Source: Promethearchaeia archaeon
GTDB taxonomy: Archaea; Asgardarchaeota; Lokiarchaeia; Sigyniarchaeales; SOKP01
Direction of reading: 5' to 3'
Assembly: GCA_029856125.1 (NCBI GenBank)
Contig: JAHQWJ010000014.1
Span: 159,085 to 223,084 of the forward strand
Length of the DNA: 64,000 nucleotides
Shown: positions 10,568-20,985 of the stretch, one piece after another
Numbering within the stretch: position 1 is the stretch's first letter
How the letters are laid out: the number at the start of each line of letters is the position of its first letter
Program-made: the position numbers and the translations under genes
The notes under the pieces: model-generated
What the model saw: the letters and a program-made list of their open reading frames with translations, nothing else
Database searches by the model: none
Told to the model about the DNA's origin: nothing

Positions 10568-11122
10568 TCAAATATAATTCAACCATCCCTTCTTTTTCAT
10601 TATTAATTCCGCTGAGATTATTAGCAATAAGCCCAAAGATACGGATATTAATAGAGTCAAGTTAAAAATAAATAAATGGGAAATTGAAATACTACCCAAC
10701 AATATTAGAAACTGTAAAATAAAATAACTAACACCACAAATAAAGAATAAAATTTTATTTTTCTTGTAAATTGAGAGCGAAAAGTGCCAGCATATGAGAA
10801 GTATTATAATTGAGCTTGAAGTTATAACAGTTGCTAGCGCTACAAATATGTTATAAAAAGCAATTATAATGGTATCTACTGCGATTTTTTCTATTAGGAG
10901 CAAAAATAGGAATCTTTTAGCGTTGTTAACGAAAAAATCTTGTTCTAGTTTTAAGAGGACACTCAAAACAAAAGGAGGGATTGTGATCAATATTAAAGCA
11001 ATGGATAAGAGCGGATTGCTAGGTGTCAGAAATCCTAAAAACATAGCCAAAATAAGGCTTATTAAAAGCATAATGGAGCCTAAAAGTCTATAGATTCCTT
11101 CTTTTTTACCTTTAATACTCAT
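10568..11122 (-). CDS. Hypothetical membrane protein
   Basis: 184-aa highly hydrophobic ORF. Confidence 0.7.
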   Translation of the reverse strand: MSIKGKKEGIYRLLGSIMLLISLILAMFLGFLTPSNPLLSIALILITIPPFVLSVLLKLEQDFFVNNAKRFLFLLLIEKIAVDTIIIAFYNIFVALATVITSSSIIILLICWHFSLSIYKKNKILFFICGVSYFILQFLILLGSISISHLFIFNLTLLISVSLGLLLIISAELIMKKKGWLNYI

Positions 11123-11272
11123 ATCGCAACCTATATTTTTTCAATAATTCCAAGAAATTATAAGTTTATATAGAAAAAAAAGTATTTTGAATTATTACAT
11201 TAATATTTGAATCTTTATTCAAATTCAAATAATTCGAAAAATAGAATAATTAAATATAACAGGTTGTAGATA

Positions 11273-12643
11273 TTGAGCGAGAAAAATATTTTAAAAGAGC
11301 TGGAAGAAATTGTTGGGAAAGAATTTGCCTCTAATCGTTCGGAAGATTTATATATATACTCCCAAGACCCGGGAGCATCACTTTCTCGACCCGTAGATTT
11401 CGTAGTGATGCCAAATACATCTAAAGAAGTTCAAGACATCCTTAAATTAGCAAATCGAGAAAAAATTCCAATAGTTCCTATGGGGGGTGGATTAACGTTA
11501 AGCGGGCTTGTAATTCCCGTTAAAAGAGGTATTGTTATGGATATGAAACGCATGAACAATATAATTGAAGTTAACGAATTAAGCCGCTTTGCTCTTATTG
11601 AAGCCGGCGTAACTACAGGACAATTACTTGCGTACTTAAATATTAACCATCCACATTTACAACCACCTATACCTGATGCACCTCCTTCAGCTACAATTGC
11701 CGGTAATGCGTTAATTCATGGTTCTGGTTATCTGTCCCAAAAGTTTGGAGATCACGGTTCTATGATTAATGGATTAGAAGTTATACTCCCTGATGGCGAA
11801 GTCTACAAATTAGGCTCTTGTGCGGTTTCAGATTATTGGTTTACGAGGGGTCCTATTCCAGATTTTATTGGAATGTTTATTAGCTCATTTGGCACTATGG
11901 GTATTATCACAAAACTTTCAATTAAATTGTTTCCCAAACATAAGATGAGAAATATCGTATTTGGCTTAAATAAAGACGCAACTTTACTCCCAGAATTAAT
12001 TTCAAACATAACATTTACTGATGTGGCCGAAGATATTTTACTAGGGATTCAAGATAAGCCCGACTGGATGAAAGGCTACACATTCATTATCGTTTATATT
12101 ACAGGTGAATCAGAAGAAGAATTAAATGATAAAACTAAAATTCTTAAGAAAATGTATCGCAAAGCAAAGTCTAGATACATGAAAGTACCAAATAGGATTG
12201 AAGATATTTTTCTCGAAAAACCACAATTTGCAGCAGGCGCAGCAGACTTTAGAAAGGGAGGTGGCTTTGAATATGTTGGAGCCTTCATACCGCTACAGTT
12301 AATCCCTGAAATGATTAAAATTGGAACAAATATTTCTTTAAAACACGAAATCATTCCTACTATGGGTGCTAGACTAATTGGACAAGGCCATGCTGCGATG
12401 TTTTTTATTTCGTATTCTTTTAATCGCTCAGATCCAAAAGATATGAAAAATGCACGAGATGCATTGCACGACACAAATAAGGCTGTGCTTGAAATCGGAG
12501 GAATTCCTTGGAAAGCTGAGCTTGATGGACAAAGAATGATACTAGAAAGGATGAATCCTAATTACAAGAAACTTCTAAAAGGCATTAAAAATTTATTAGA
12601 CCCTAATGGGATTATGAATCCAGGAAATTGGGAGGTTAAATAA
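11273..12643 (+). CDS. FAD-binding oxidoreductase (GlcD / D-lactate dehydrogenase-like)
   Basis: PMGGGLTLSG FAD-binding segment, EAGV, GTMGIIT and C-terminal LDPNGIMNPG. Confidence 0.88.
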   Translation: MSEKNILKELEEIVGKEFASNRSEDLYIYSQDPGASLSRPVDFVVMPNTSKEVQDILKLANREKIPIVPMGGGLTLSGLVIPVKRGIVMDMKRMNNIIEVNELSRFALIEAGVTTGQLLAYLNINHPHLQPPIPDAPPSATIAGNALIHGSGYLSQKFGDHGSMINGLEVILPDGEVYKLGSCAVSDYWFTRGPIPDFIGMFISSFGTMGIITKLSIKLFPKHKMRNIVFGLNKDATLLPELISNITFTDVAEDILLGIQDKPDWMKGYTFIIVYITGESEEELNDKTKILKKMYRKAKSRYMKVPNRIEDIFLEKPQFAAGAADFRKGGGFEYVGAFIPLQLIPEMIKIGTNISLKHEIIPTMGARLIGQGHAAMFFISYSFNRSDPKDMKNARDALHDTNKAVLEIGGIPWKAELDGQRMILERMNPNYKKLLKGIKNLLDPNGIMNPGNWEVK

Positions 12644-13825
12644 ATGACTTTAAATCCTGAACAAGATTGGAAAGATATTATTCATAGGTGCTTTAGATGC
12701 GGATATTGTAAATTTACCTACGATTATTCTGATTTTAATTGTCCTAGCTATAAAAAATACAGATATGAAACATACTCCACTGGTGGAAGACTCTGGCTCA
12801 TTTATGGTTTAATAAGTGGGGAAATCCCGTGGAGTCAAGGCGTAGCAAATGTGCTTTACGCGTGTTCCACTTGTGGAAACTGTATGGAAAATTGCAGGTT
12901 TGACAAATTTAACGATTTCTTGGTAGATATTATTGAAGCTGCCCGCGCAGAGGCTGTAATAAATGGATTTTGTCCAGAAAAACAAAAAGCTTTAATTGAA
13001 CGTATAGAGAACCCTGAGATGTACAATCCATATGGCGAACAAAATTCAGATAACGAAGATTTGAAGAAAGAATACGATTTACCAGATAAAGCCGAATGGG
13101 TTTATTTCATTGGTTGCACATCTAATTATCGTCAAAAAAATTTAAGAGACGCTACTTTAAGATTTTTGAAGAAAGCTAACATTGATTTTACTTTAATTGA
13201 CGAACATTGTTGTTGTAGTCCGGTGATGCGAACTGGTCAAATTAATTCCGTTAAAGACTTCATCAATTTTAATATAGATCAAATAAACAAAACGGGCGCT
13301 TCAAAGGTTATCACTTCGTGTGCGGGTTGTTATCGCACGTTAAAAAAAGATTGGGTAAAATATGGTGCTGACTATGATTTTCAAATATATCACACAGTAG
13401 AATTAGTTAAAGAATTATTAGACGAAGGAAAATTAAAATTTACATCAGAATATAACAAAATAGTTACTTATCACGATCCGTGCCATTTGGGAAGACATAT
13501 GGAAATTTACGAAATTCCAAGAGAAGTATACAAACAAATTCCGGGAATTAAGCTTGTAGAAATGAAAAGAAACCGAGAAAACGCTTGGTGTTGCGGCGCT
13601 GGAGGTGGGGTAAAAATAGGTTTCCCCGAGTGGTCAGTTGAGATTTCAAAAGAAAGACTTGAAGAAGCAAGTGCAACTGGAGCTTCAGTTGTATCATCAG
13701 TATGTCCTTTTTGCAGAACGAATTTGGGAGATGCTAACGATAATTTTGATATGAATTTTGAAGTAATCGATTTGATTGAGATCATAGATAAATTAGACTT
13801 CGAAATTACCGATAATAAACAGTAA
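12644..13825 (+). CDS. Fe-S protein with CCG domains (GlcF/HdrD-like)
   Basis: CxxCGxC, CxxCGxCxxxC, YHDPCHLGR, CCGAGGG and CPFC motifs; starts immediately after the upstream stop codon. Confidence 0.88.
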   Translation: MTLNPEQDWKDIIHRCFRCGYCKFTYDYSDFNCPSYKKYRYETYSTGGRLWLIYGLISGEIPWSQGVANVLYACSTCGNCMENCRFDKFNDFLVDIIEAARAEAVINGFCPEKQKALIERIENPEMYNPYGEQNSDNEDLKKEYDLPDKAEWVYFIGCTSNYRQKNLRDATLRFLKKANIDFTLIDEHCCCSPVMRTGQINSVKDFINFNIDQINKTGASKVITSCAGCYRTLKKDWVKYGADYDFQIYHTVELVKELLDEGKLKFTSEYNKIVTYHDPCHLGRHMEIYEIPREVYKQIPGIKLVEMKRNRENAWCCGAGGGVKIGFPEWSVEISKERLEEASATGASVVSSVCPFCRTNLGDANDNFDMNFEVIDLIEIIDKLDFEITDNKQ

Positions 13826-13905
13826 TTAAAAGAATTTATTACCTCTTTTTGTTTTAAAATTTATATTAGGTTTAAGTAAATACTCAATTTGTAGGTGTGA
13901 TAGAA

Positions 13906-14775
13906 ATGAGATTAGGTGCTCACATGAGCGTTACAGGAGGGAAATACATGGCCCTTGAGAGGGGAAAAGAGCTTGGGTGCGAAGCTATTCAAGTATTTAT
14001 TAGAAATGTACGCTCTTGGTCGTCAAAACCTTTAATACAAAGTGATATTGACGATTTTCATACAAAAAAGGAAGAATTCAAAGAAGAAATTTGGCCGATA
14101 ATTAGCCACAATAGTTATTTAATAAATTTAGCGAGTATTGATAACGAAAAATTGGAAAAATCATATATTTCTATGCTAGATGAGCTTATTAAAGCTGATC
14201 AACTCGGTATCGATTTGGAAAATATACATCCGGGAGTTATTCCTATAAGTGATAAAGATGAAATCTCCAAAAAAGAAGCGTTATCCCAGATCGCAAATCA
14301 ATTAAACAAATTAATTGATGAGACTAAAAGTTCAAAAGTTAGAATCTTATTAGAAACTACCGCTGGGCAAGGTAAGGGTTTAGGCAATAAATTTCATCAT
14401 TTAACTACGATTATTGATAAAATTATAGATAAAAGCAGGATTGGAGTTTGTTTTGACACTGCTCATTCATTCGCAGCAGGCTACGACTTTACGACCAAGA
14501 AAAAATGCGACGAAATGTGGAACGAATTTGACGATATTATTGGATTGAAGTATTTATTTGCTTTTCATTTGAATGACACTGAAAAAGATTTAGGTTCTAG
14601 AGTTGATCGTCATACTCACATAGGACAAGGAAAAATCGGCAAAGAACCTTTTGGATTCTTGGTAAACGATGAAAAATTTAGAGATCTTCCCGGAATTATA
14701 GAGACTCCAAAAGGGAAAGATATGAAAGAAGATTTAATGAATCTTGCAACTCTTAGATCTTTGATAAAAAAATGA
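13906..14775 (+). CDS. nfo: Endonuclease IV
   Basis: GAHMS, HNSYLINLAS, HPG, LLETTAGQG, CFDTAH, HLND, DRH and ETP motifs; SD AGGTG upstream. Confidence 0.95.
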   Translation: MRLGAHMSVTGGKYMALERGKELGCEAIQVFIRNVRSWSSKPLIQSDIDDFHTKKEEFKEEIWPIISHNSYLINLASIDNEKLEKSYISMLDELIKADQLGIDLENIHPGVIPISDKDEISKKEALSQIANQLNKLIDETKSSKVRILLETTAGQGKGLGNKFHHLTTIIDKIIDKSRIGVCFDTAHSFAAGYDFTTKKKCDEMWNEFDDIIGLKYLFAFHLNDTEKDLGSRVDRHTHIGQGKIGKEPFGFLVNDEKFRDLPGIIETPKGKDMKEDLMNLATLRSLIKK

Positions 14776-14784
14776 CGCCTATTG

Positions 14785-15183
14785 TTAATCTTGAACATTA
14801 AACCATACTTGACTCGTATCTTCAACTAAGCCATTGTAGTTTACTGTTAATTCTTCACCTTTCTTAATGTCTTGAAGAGCCGTGTATTCAATTGCTTTAT
14901 TCTCATAATCGTATAAATACTGTAAATTGGGAGTGTAGGAGTGGTTGATGAACTGACTAACGCTCAGTGTGATTGCGTTTTTAAAAGCTGGTTTGTGTTT
15001 TGGGTCTTCCCAAATATAGCAGTAATTGTATAATTGAGTTTTTTTAATCTTTTTATATTCTTCATTAGGTATTAAAACTACATTTGCTATGTCGATTACA
15101 GTTTTCTTTTTAATATCCTTCTTCGCAAAGGCACCTTTTCCTTTTATTTCAGATATAAATTTAACTTCTATAAATTCATGCAT
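14785..15183 (-). CDS. Stand-alone SET-domain protein (putative lysine methyltransferase)
   Basis: KGKGAFA, FINHSYTPN and GEELTVNY SET motifs. Confidence 0.9.
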   Translation of the reverse strand: MHEFIEVKFISEIKGKGAFAKKDIKKKTVIDIANVVLIPNEEYKKIKKTQLYNYCYIWEDPKHKPAFKNAITLSVSQFINHSYTPNLQYLYDYENKAIEYTALQDIKKGEELTVNYNGLVEDTSQVWFNVQD

Positions 15184-15212
15184 GAAATCACTAATAAAAT
15201 GCTTGTTTTTTT

Positions 15213-15809
15213 TTATTCGATTGATGCGTGTCGCTTATCAATATCGTTTTCAGTTATTCCTAATAGAACCATTAAGGAGGCTCCTATAGAATCTAATATG
15301 GAAAGCGTGGAAATATCGAATAACGAAGTAAACGGAGCTAAAGATTCTTGTGAAATCGCTTTCTCTTTACTTTTACCTTCAACTTTGATGATTAAGTCAG
15401 ATAATGTTGCGATCGTACTTTTAGGATTCCCTGTAAATAAAGCAATTTTTCCTCCAATTTCTTTTGCTTCTTCGGCTATGGCTTTCGGTGAAGTTGTTTC
15501 GCCGCTTCCACTTACCAAAATCAATAGGTCATCTTTAGTGTAGCGATACGTAACTGCGTCAGAAACAAAACAAGATCTAATACCTAGATGCATTAATCTT
15601 TGAGCAAAACATCGACCAATAAACCCTGATCTACCAGCACCATAAACAAAAATCCTTCCATCGTTTGAATCAATTTCAACAATCGACTCAATTAGCTTTA
15701 AGACTTGATTCGTATCACTAGATTCAGAATTTTTTTTTACTTGATCTGCGATTTCTAGAAGAGTATTTAGAAATCTTTCCCGTAATAGTTTTGAATTAGA
15801 ACTATTCAT
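15213..15809 (-). CDS. hxlB: 6-phospho-3-hexuloisomerase (SIS domain)
   Basis: GAGRSG, QRLMHLG, SGSGET and C-terminal RHASIE; start placed at ATG 15809 behind GGAGGAG. Confidence 0.85.
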   Translation of the reverse strand: MNSSNSKLLRERFLNTLLEIADQVKKNSESSDTNQVLKLIESIVEIDSNDGRIFVYGAGRSGFIGRCFAQRLMHLGIRSCFVSDAVTYRYTKDDLLILVSGSGETTSPKAIAEEAKEIGGKIALFTGNPKSTIATLSDLIIKVEGKSKEKAISQESLAPFTSLFDISTLSILDSIGASLMVLLGITENDIDKRHASIE

Positions 15810-15811
15810 TT

Positions 15812-17098
15812 TTATCTCTCCTCCTTTGATAATTTGGGATTGACACAACTTCTCCATTGATTCACGGTTTCTTTGGGTCCTAAACCGATTAAAAGGTCCC
15901 CCACTTCAAAAATAAAATCTGTTTTAAAGCTGTAAATCCATTTATTTTCTCTTTTTAAGGCTATGATGTGAAACCCTCGTTTATATTTTTGATTTTGTAA
16001 TTGATTATACGTTTTATCTTTAAAATAAGAATCTGCTGAAATTGTTTCTCGTACGACTATTTCTGAAGTTTCTTTTATGGCTTTTTGAAGAATAACATGG
16101 GGTTCAAAGCCTTCTAAAATATTTTCGGTTAAATGTGCAGCTGCATCTGCTATTAACTCACAAGAAAATACTATGCGCATTATTCCAGTTAAAATTTTTG
16201 GATTATCAATTAATTTTGTTAAATCTAAAAGATCCTTTTCGAAATTTATATTCAATCCATCCATTAAAGATTCCATCTCTAAAACATCCTCTGCAAGCTC
16301 GTAACTGTTAAAGAACAACGCTGCTAAGGCTAATTCTATCATTGTTTCTGAAATATCTGTAATCAATATATAATCTTTTTTGAGTTCCTTTATTTCTTCG
16401 TAAAATTCAGGATTTTCTAGATCAAAATCCGAGTCTTCTTTTGTCTCCCCTAAGTGAAAAGAAAAATCTTCAGAGTCATATGTTAACTTCTTTAATTCTT
16501 TAATTGGTTCAATTTCCCCTTTAATTATTAATATATCCCCGGTTCGAATTTCGTTATCTCTTTCAAATAACCACTCATCTTTTCTTTTTATCGCGATTAA
16601 ATCTACTCCGTACTTAGATCTAAAGTGTACTTCTTTACGTTTCATTCCTATAAACTCGCAAGCATCATTTACAACAATTTTTACGATTGGTTCAGGAACT
16701 TCGTCCCAAAACAATTGCGTGAAGTCTGAAATATCGCTATTAATATATACAACTCGGGCGATGTCAGCAAGAGCATCGGAGATTTTGTCAATTGAGGCAC
16801 CCATTACAACAATAGGTTCTAAAGCTTTTGCTTCTTTAAAACCACCAGTTTGAGTTTGAATAATTTGTAAATTCAATAGAAATGTTAATTCGTGGATTCG
16901 TTTTTCAAGTTTAGACGTCTCGTCAGCGATTTCTTTACTACTAAATTTAATAGCGCTGTAAGCAAGATCAATCATCAAGTCGATCTTTTGTTTCATCTCT
17001 TTTAAAATGTCCTTTAGTGATATAGGTTGATATTGAAATTTCTTTCTTTTTTCATACTTTTTAATTATTTTCTCACTCTCGTTTAGATAATTACACAA
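15812..17098 (-). CDS. PhoU/TrkA-C (RCK_C) duplicated-domain regulatory protein
   Basis: Two copies of 'MIDLAYSA / MIELALAA...D-I-DA' plus 'GVDLIAIKR / GFHIIALKR...GD-L' TrkA-C segments. Start uncertain (possibly ATT at 17065). Confidence 0.8.
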   Translation of the reverse strand: MCNYLNESEKIIKKYEKRKKFQYQPISLKDILKEMKQKIDLMIDLAYSAIKFSSKEIADETSKLEKRIHELTFLLNLQIIQTQTGGFKEAKALEPIVVMGASIDKISDALADIARVVYINSDISDFTQLFWDEVPEPIVKIVVNDACEFIGMKRKEVHFRSKYGVDLIAIKRKDEWLFERDNEIRTGDILIIKGEIEPIKELKKLTYDSEDFSFHLGETKEDSDFDLENPEFYEEIKELKKDYILITDISETMIELALAALFFNSYELAEDVLEMESLMDGLNINFEKDLLDLTKLIDNPKILTGIMRIVFSCELIADAAAHLTENILEGFEPHVILQKAIKETSEIVVRETISADSYFKDKTYNQLQNQKYKRGFHIIALKRENKWIYSFKTDFIFEVGDLLIGLGPKETVNQWRSCVNPKLSKEER

Positions 17099-17642
17099 AT
17101 ATTTGGATAAAGATTATTATAAATAAGGGGGTTAAGAAATCCGCTAACGATGTCACCATTGGAATTAAGAAATTATTTGGGTCTTTTCCTTTTCTAAATA
17201 TTAATATTGAACCCATAAATAAAAATACGAACATTAGTCCAAATAAAATCATAATAGTAATAATAAAAATTGATATAATCAACAAGGGATTAACAATTTG
17301 TATACCAGTTACGCTTCCCAATATGTATCCTAGACTTATCAATGCAGCAAGGCTTAATAGAATTGTTATAAATAAGCCATAAAAATCCTGTTTTAATCGA
17401 TCAGAGACTTGAATTTTTGGAGACAACGTACCTATATACAGATGAGAGGTAAGACGAGATACCAGAACAGTTGATATATCGCCTATTAAAGAATTTAAGG
17501 ACGGTAAAACTAATAATATAATAGGAAAACTAGACAACACTATTTCATTATTAGAGAGAAGTGTCCCAGAAAAGAGTCCCATAACCGAACTAATTAGAAC
17601 TACTATTACTGATTCCTTGAAGATTTTTTTAAAGTAATCCAA
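17091..17642 (-). CDS. MgtE integral membrane domain protein
   Basis: Five TM segments; P...GD, SRL and DPNNFLIPMVTSLAD motifs of the MgtE family. Confidence 0.82.
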   Translation of the reverse strand: MDYFKKIFKESVIVVLISSVMGLFSGTLLSNNEIVLSSFPIILLVLPSLNSLIGDISTVLVSRLTSHLYIGTLSPKIQVSDRLKQDFYGLFITILLSLAALISLGYILGSVTGIQIVNPLLIISIFIITIMILFGLMFVFLFMGSILIFRKGKDPNNFLIPMVTSLADFLTPLFIIIFIQIFV

Positions 17643-17644
17643 AT

Positions 17645-18199
17645 TTATGGCACCCCCAACATAATTATTGTTAAATAGAAGCAGATAACTGTAAAAAAGT
17701 CGTCAATCGCTGTCATTACAGGATTTACGATGTTGTTTGGATCGAGCCCGCGCTTAAACGCTAAAAAATTTAAGAACGTAGAACATGGAATTGAAATCGC
17801 TAAGGTTAATGCGATTGAAATAATTGGAATTACGATTAATAAACCAAGATGAAAAATATAAAGTCTAATAAGTAGAAGATTAATGAGGATGCTGAAAACA
17901 CCAATCGCTAACGCTGTTAATAACGATAGAGATAATGTAGCTAATACATTTTCAAACCATGATTTCTTATTAAATTCACCGATAATGAAATCTCTTGAAG
18001 TTCGGGCGATGAATGGTCCACTTAAATTACCCCTTAGAGAAAGTAAAGCCGGTATAATTAGAATTAATAGAAGAAAGCTCTTAAATGAGACTATTAAAAG
18101 AGAGAGTACGATTCCCGCAAGGATATCGCCCACAATGGAAACCATTTCAGATGGAAACGTTTCTTTAACGATTCTACCTTTAGTATCTCGAGCTTCCAT
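17645..18199 (-). CDS. MgtE integral membrane domain protein
   Basis: PALLSLRGN and GLDPNNIVNPVMTAIDD MgtE motifs. Confidence 0.85.
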   Translation of the reverse strand: MEARDTKGRIVKETFPSEMVSIVGDILAGIVLSLLIVSFKSFLLLILIIPALLSLRGNLSGPFIARTSRDFIIGEFNKKSWFENVLATLSLSLLTALAIGVFSILINLLLIRLYIFHLGLLIVIPIISIALTLAISIPCSTFLNFLAFKRGLDPNNIVNPVMTAIDDFFTVICFYLTIIMLGVP

Positions 18200-18439
18200 A
18201 TGTCATCATCATCATCAGATGAACTCATAGTTAAATTTTCGTTCATTCTCTTACTAATTTATTAAGGCTCGAATTTATTTAAAAATTCCTAATTAAAATG
18301 AAAAGAATATATAACTTTATAAAATCAATTAAAATCTTCAATTATTTTGGTTTGGATAAAGAAAATAGATGATTTTTTTTAAATAAAATTAGATGCGCCT
18401 AAAAAGAAAATATAAAATAAAAAAAAATTGAATTTATGG

Positions 18440-20857
18440 TTATAATTTCTTAACTTTCTTGAAATATATCATAATCAAAGCAACTGTACTTATTGTCAGA
18501 AATCCAAGTGTCATCAAAAGTGGAAAACCAGGTATTGCTGCGACTTCAGGACCAATGTAGATGTATGAGACTGCCATGATAATGGAAAATGGACCTGAAC
18601 TACCTCCTATTGGAAAAATTATTGTCAAGGAGTTATCCTCATAATCATAAACAAACATATCGGTTGCTGATGTAGGAGCAGCGTCCCATTCATTATTACC
18701 ACTCATGTTCCATGCCCAAAAGGTAAGGTTATAGTAATCTAGATCAAAAGAATCGTCGAATTTGATGTAAAAAGTTAAATTCTCTAATCCTGTGGTGTTG
18801 GTAATTAAAAGGTCACTATAATAAAGTACTGTTCCATTTGTGATCGAGGTGTTTATAGGACTATAGTCCAAAATTGCGTTTACTAACTCTACTTCCGTGT
18901 TAGTGGTGATAATGTCAATACGAGAGGCGGTTATTTCAGTTATAGCATCGTTAGGAACGGATATACTATTTGTTCCAGAGTGAAGCGTTTCGTTAAACAT
19001 AGGATAGATGCTCATATAATTCCAGGTTGTCTCGTCTCCTCCAGGCATGTTCATCCAACCTCCCATAAAGGTTATTCTTCCAGTGGTTGAATCAAGATAT
19101 GTGTCGTATTCATTATTATTCGTAGAATTTCTAAGAACCACATGGTCTTCAGTAAATGTCATCACATCAAACATGCCTCCAAGCAATGCTAAGAGATTTT
19201 CAAAATCTTCTCCTGTAAAGCCTAGAGGTATAAAAAGTGGTGGTGCTGTACCTCCAAACATAGCATATGGCGAGATTGGCCAGTATATATTCGCTTCAAG
19301 AAACAAATCATCTCCAAGATTATCCCAAGTGCCTGTGTCTTCATCAAATTCTTCAAATTCAGCAATAATTGCTTTAAAGAATTGCAATTCCGGTTGTCCA
19401 GGGATTGTAGTAAAGAACCCCCCGCTATCCACTTCCCATATTGTTAAATTAACAAATTCACTAACAGTAAAAAGAACTGTCGCTCTCATGTACGCTTCGT
19501 CATCTTGAGAATTTTGTTTATAATACACAACATCGCCTATTTCTAAGTCCCAATCTACTAATGTTTGGTGTTGTATTTCGTAATAAAGTTGAACATCACC
19601 GTGCTCAGTAATCAGAAATGATTGCACTATTCCAGTTGATTTTTCGATGACATTATTTACTCCAAAGTTCGTAGAAGTATTTCTTAGGGTAAACTCAAAG
19701 TTAATATTTTCTATGAGCACAAGGCTATTAAATGGAGCATCCCATATACGAAGCGTGTCGGAATTCCACATGAATTCAATATCTTCCTTAGTAGTACTAT
19801 TGGGATATACAAAATTAAATTCAGGTGAAAAACTTTCATCAACATATTGGAAATAAAAGTTATTTGCATAACCTATCGGTAAATTTTCTTCTTCTACTTC
19901 ATACGCATTTCCATTCCACACGGATAGATTTGAATAAACAGCTTGGAATACCATAGGAATATCGTCTTGCATAAATCCGTTATTAGATTTAGGAAGCATA
20001 ACATCTGTGAAGTTAGTAACCTCAATTTTTACATCGTAGGCACTACTACCACCTTCAGTCCAGTCGTAATAAAATGTGTCTCCAATAGTAACTCCCCATT
20101 CAATCTCGTCAGTTATATCGTAATCGAAAACTCTTTGTATTGTAAAATTAAGTAGCATTGACTCACCCATTTCAACTTTCATGTATCCCTCTGCATATTC
20201 TGCCACTCCATTTGTAACATTGTACACGAGGTTAAGATAATAGCCATCAGACGAATTTGTAAAAGACATGGAGTTAGCTGAAGGAATCGAGGAAAATCCA
20301 TCAAACTGGTTGAATCTATCAGGAGAAAGGGGATCATAAAACGATTGGTTGAGAATATCGTCTAATACATCGACTTCTAAATTATTTGTCCCATTTAGAG
20401 GTAGTATATAGGGTGCAGCACCCATTCCAGCTCTATATTTATGCTTAATGGTATCTGAGTTGTTAAATCCAAATAACGCGAATTCCATAGGACCATCATA
20501 AGATTCCAATTCTCCTTCTGAAACATTAAAATAACATTGGGTTGCGTTAACCAGCGAAAATTCGTTTAATCCTAACCAATCTGTTGTCACGTTTTCGATT
20601 GAAGTTATGTTATATATCCATATGTCTTTAAACATCATGGTAACCTCATCATTTGAAGCGTTAGTAAGGATCATTTCTACTTCCCAATAGAGCTCGTCAT
20701 CAACATCGACGCCCCAATGCCAACCGTTATTTACGTGTTCTTCGGGAACATATGGACCCGCTTTTACTGACGTAAAAAACGCACTTAAATTTATAGCTGC
20801 TGTGAATGCTAAAAGTATGATTACAGTTGATTTTGTTCTGTTTTTTAAATTATTCAA
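18440..20857 (-). CDS. Secreted surface protein with IPGF-TM-basic C-terminal sorting signal (Loki-CTERM-like)
   Basis: N-terminal signal peptide, acidic body with many N-x-S/T sequons, C-terminus IPGFPLLMTLG...IYFKKVKKL. Confidence 0.8.
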   Translation of the reverse strand: MNNLKNRTKSTVIILLAFTAAINLSAFFTSVKAGPYVPEEHVNNGWHWGVDVDDELYWEVEMILTNASNDEVTMMFKDIWIYNITSIENVTTDWLGLNEFSLVNATQCYFNVSEGELESYDGPMEFALFGFNNSDTIKHKYRAGMGAAPYILPLNGTNNLEVDVLDDILNQSFYDPLSPDRFNQFDGFSSIPSANSMSFTNSSDGYYLNLVYNVTNGVAEYAEGYMKVEMGESMLLNFTIQRVFDYDITDEIEWGVTIGDTFYYDWTEGGSSAYDVKIEVTNFTDVMLPKSNNGFMQDDIPMVFQAVYSNLSVWNGNAYEVEEENLPIGYANNFYFQYVDESFSPEFNFVYPNSTTKEDIEFMWNSDTLRIWDAPFNSLVLIENINFEFTLRNTSTNFGVNNVIEKSTGIVQSFLITEHGDVQLYYEIQHQTLVDWDLEIGDVVYYKQNSQDDEAYMRATVLFTVSEFVNLTIWEVDSGGFFTTIPGQPELQFFKAIIAEFEEFDEDTGTWDNLGDDLFLEANIYWPISPYAMFGGTAPPLFIPLGFTGEDFENLLALLGGMFDVMTFTEDHVVLRNSTNNNEYDTYLDSTTGRITFMGGWMNMPGGDETTWNYMSIYPMFNETLHSGTNSISVPNDAITEITASRIDIITTNTEVELVNAILDYSPINTSITNGTVLYYSDLLITNTTGLENLTFYIKFDDSFDLDYYNLTFWAWNMSGNNEWDAAPTSATDMFVYDYEDNSLTIIFPIGGSSGPFSIIMAVSYIYIGPEVAAIPGFPLLMTLGFLTISTVALIMIYFKKVKKL

Positions 20858-20985
20858 TTTTTTAACCCGTTATCGTTAAATTTTTTGTTAGCAAAAACAT
20901 GAAATTGTAAGTTTAAAAATTCTTGCTAATGCGAATTTTAAAAACTCCACCGATAAAAGTAAATGTTTTAGAATTATTCGCGAAA

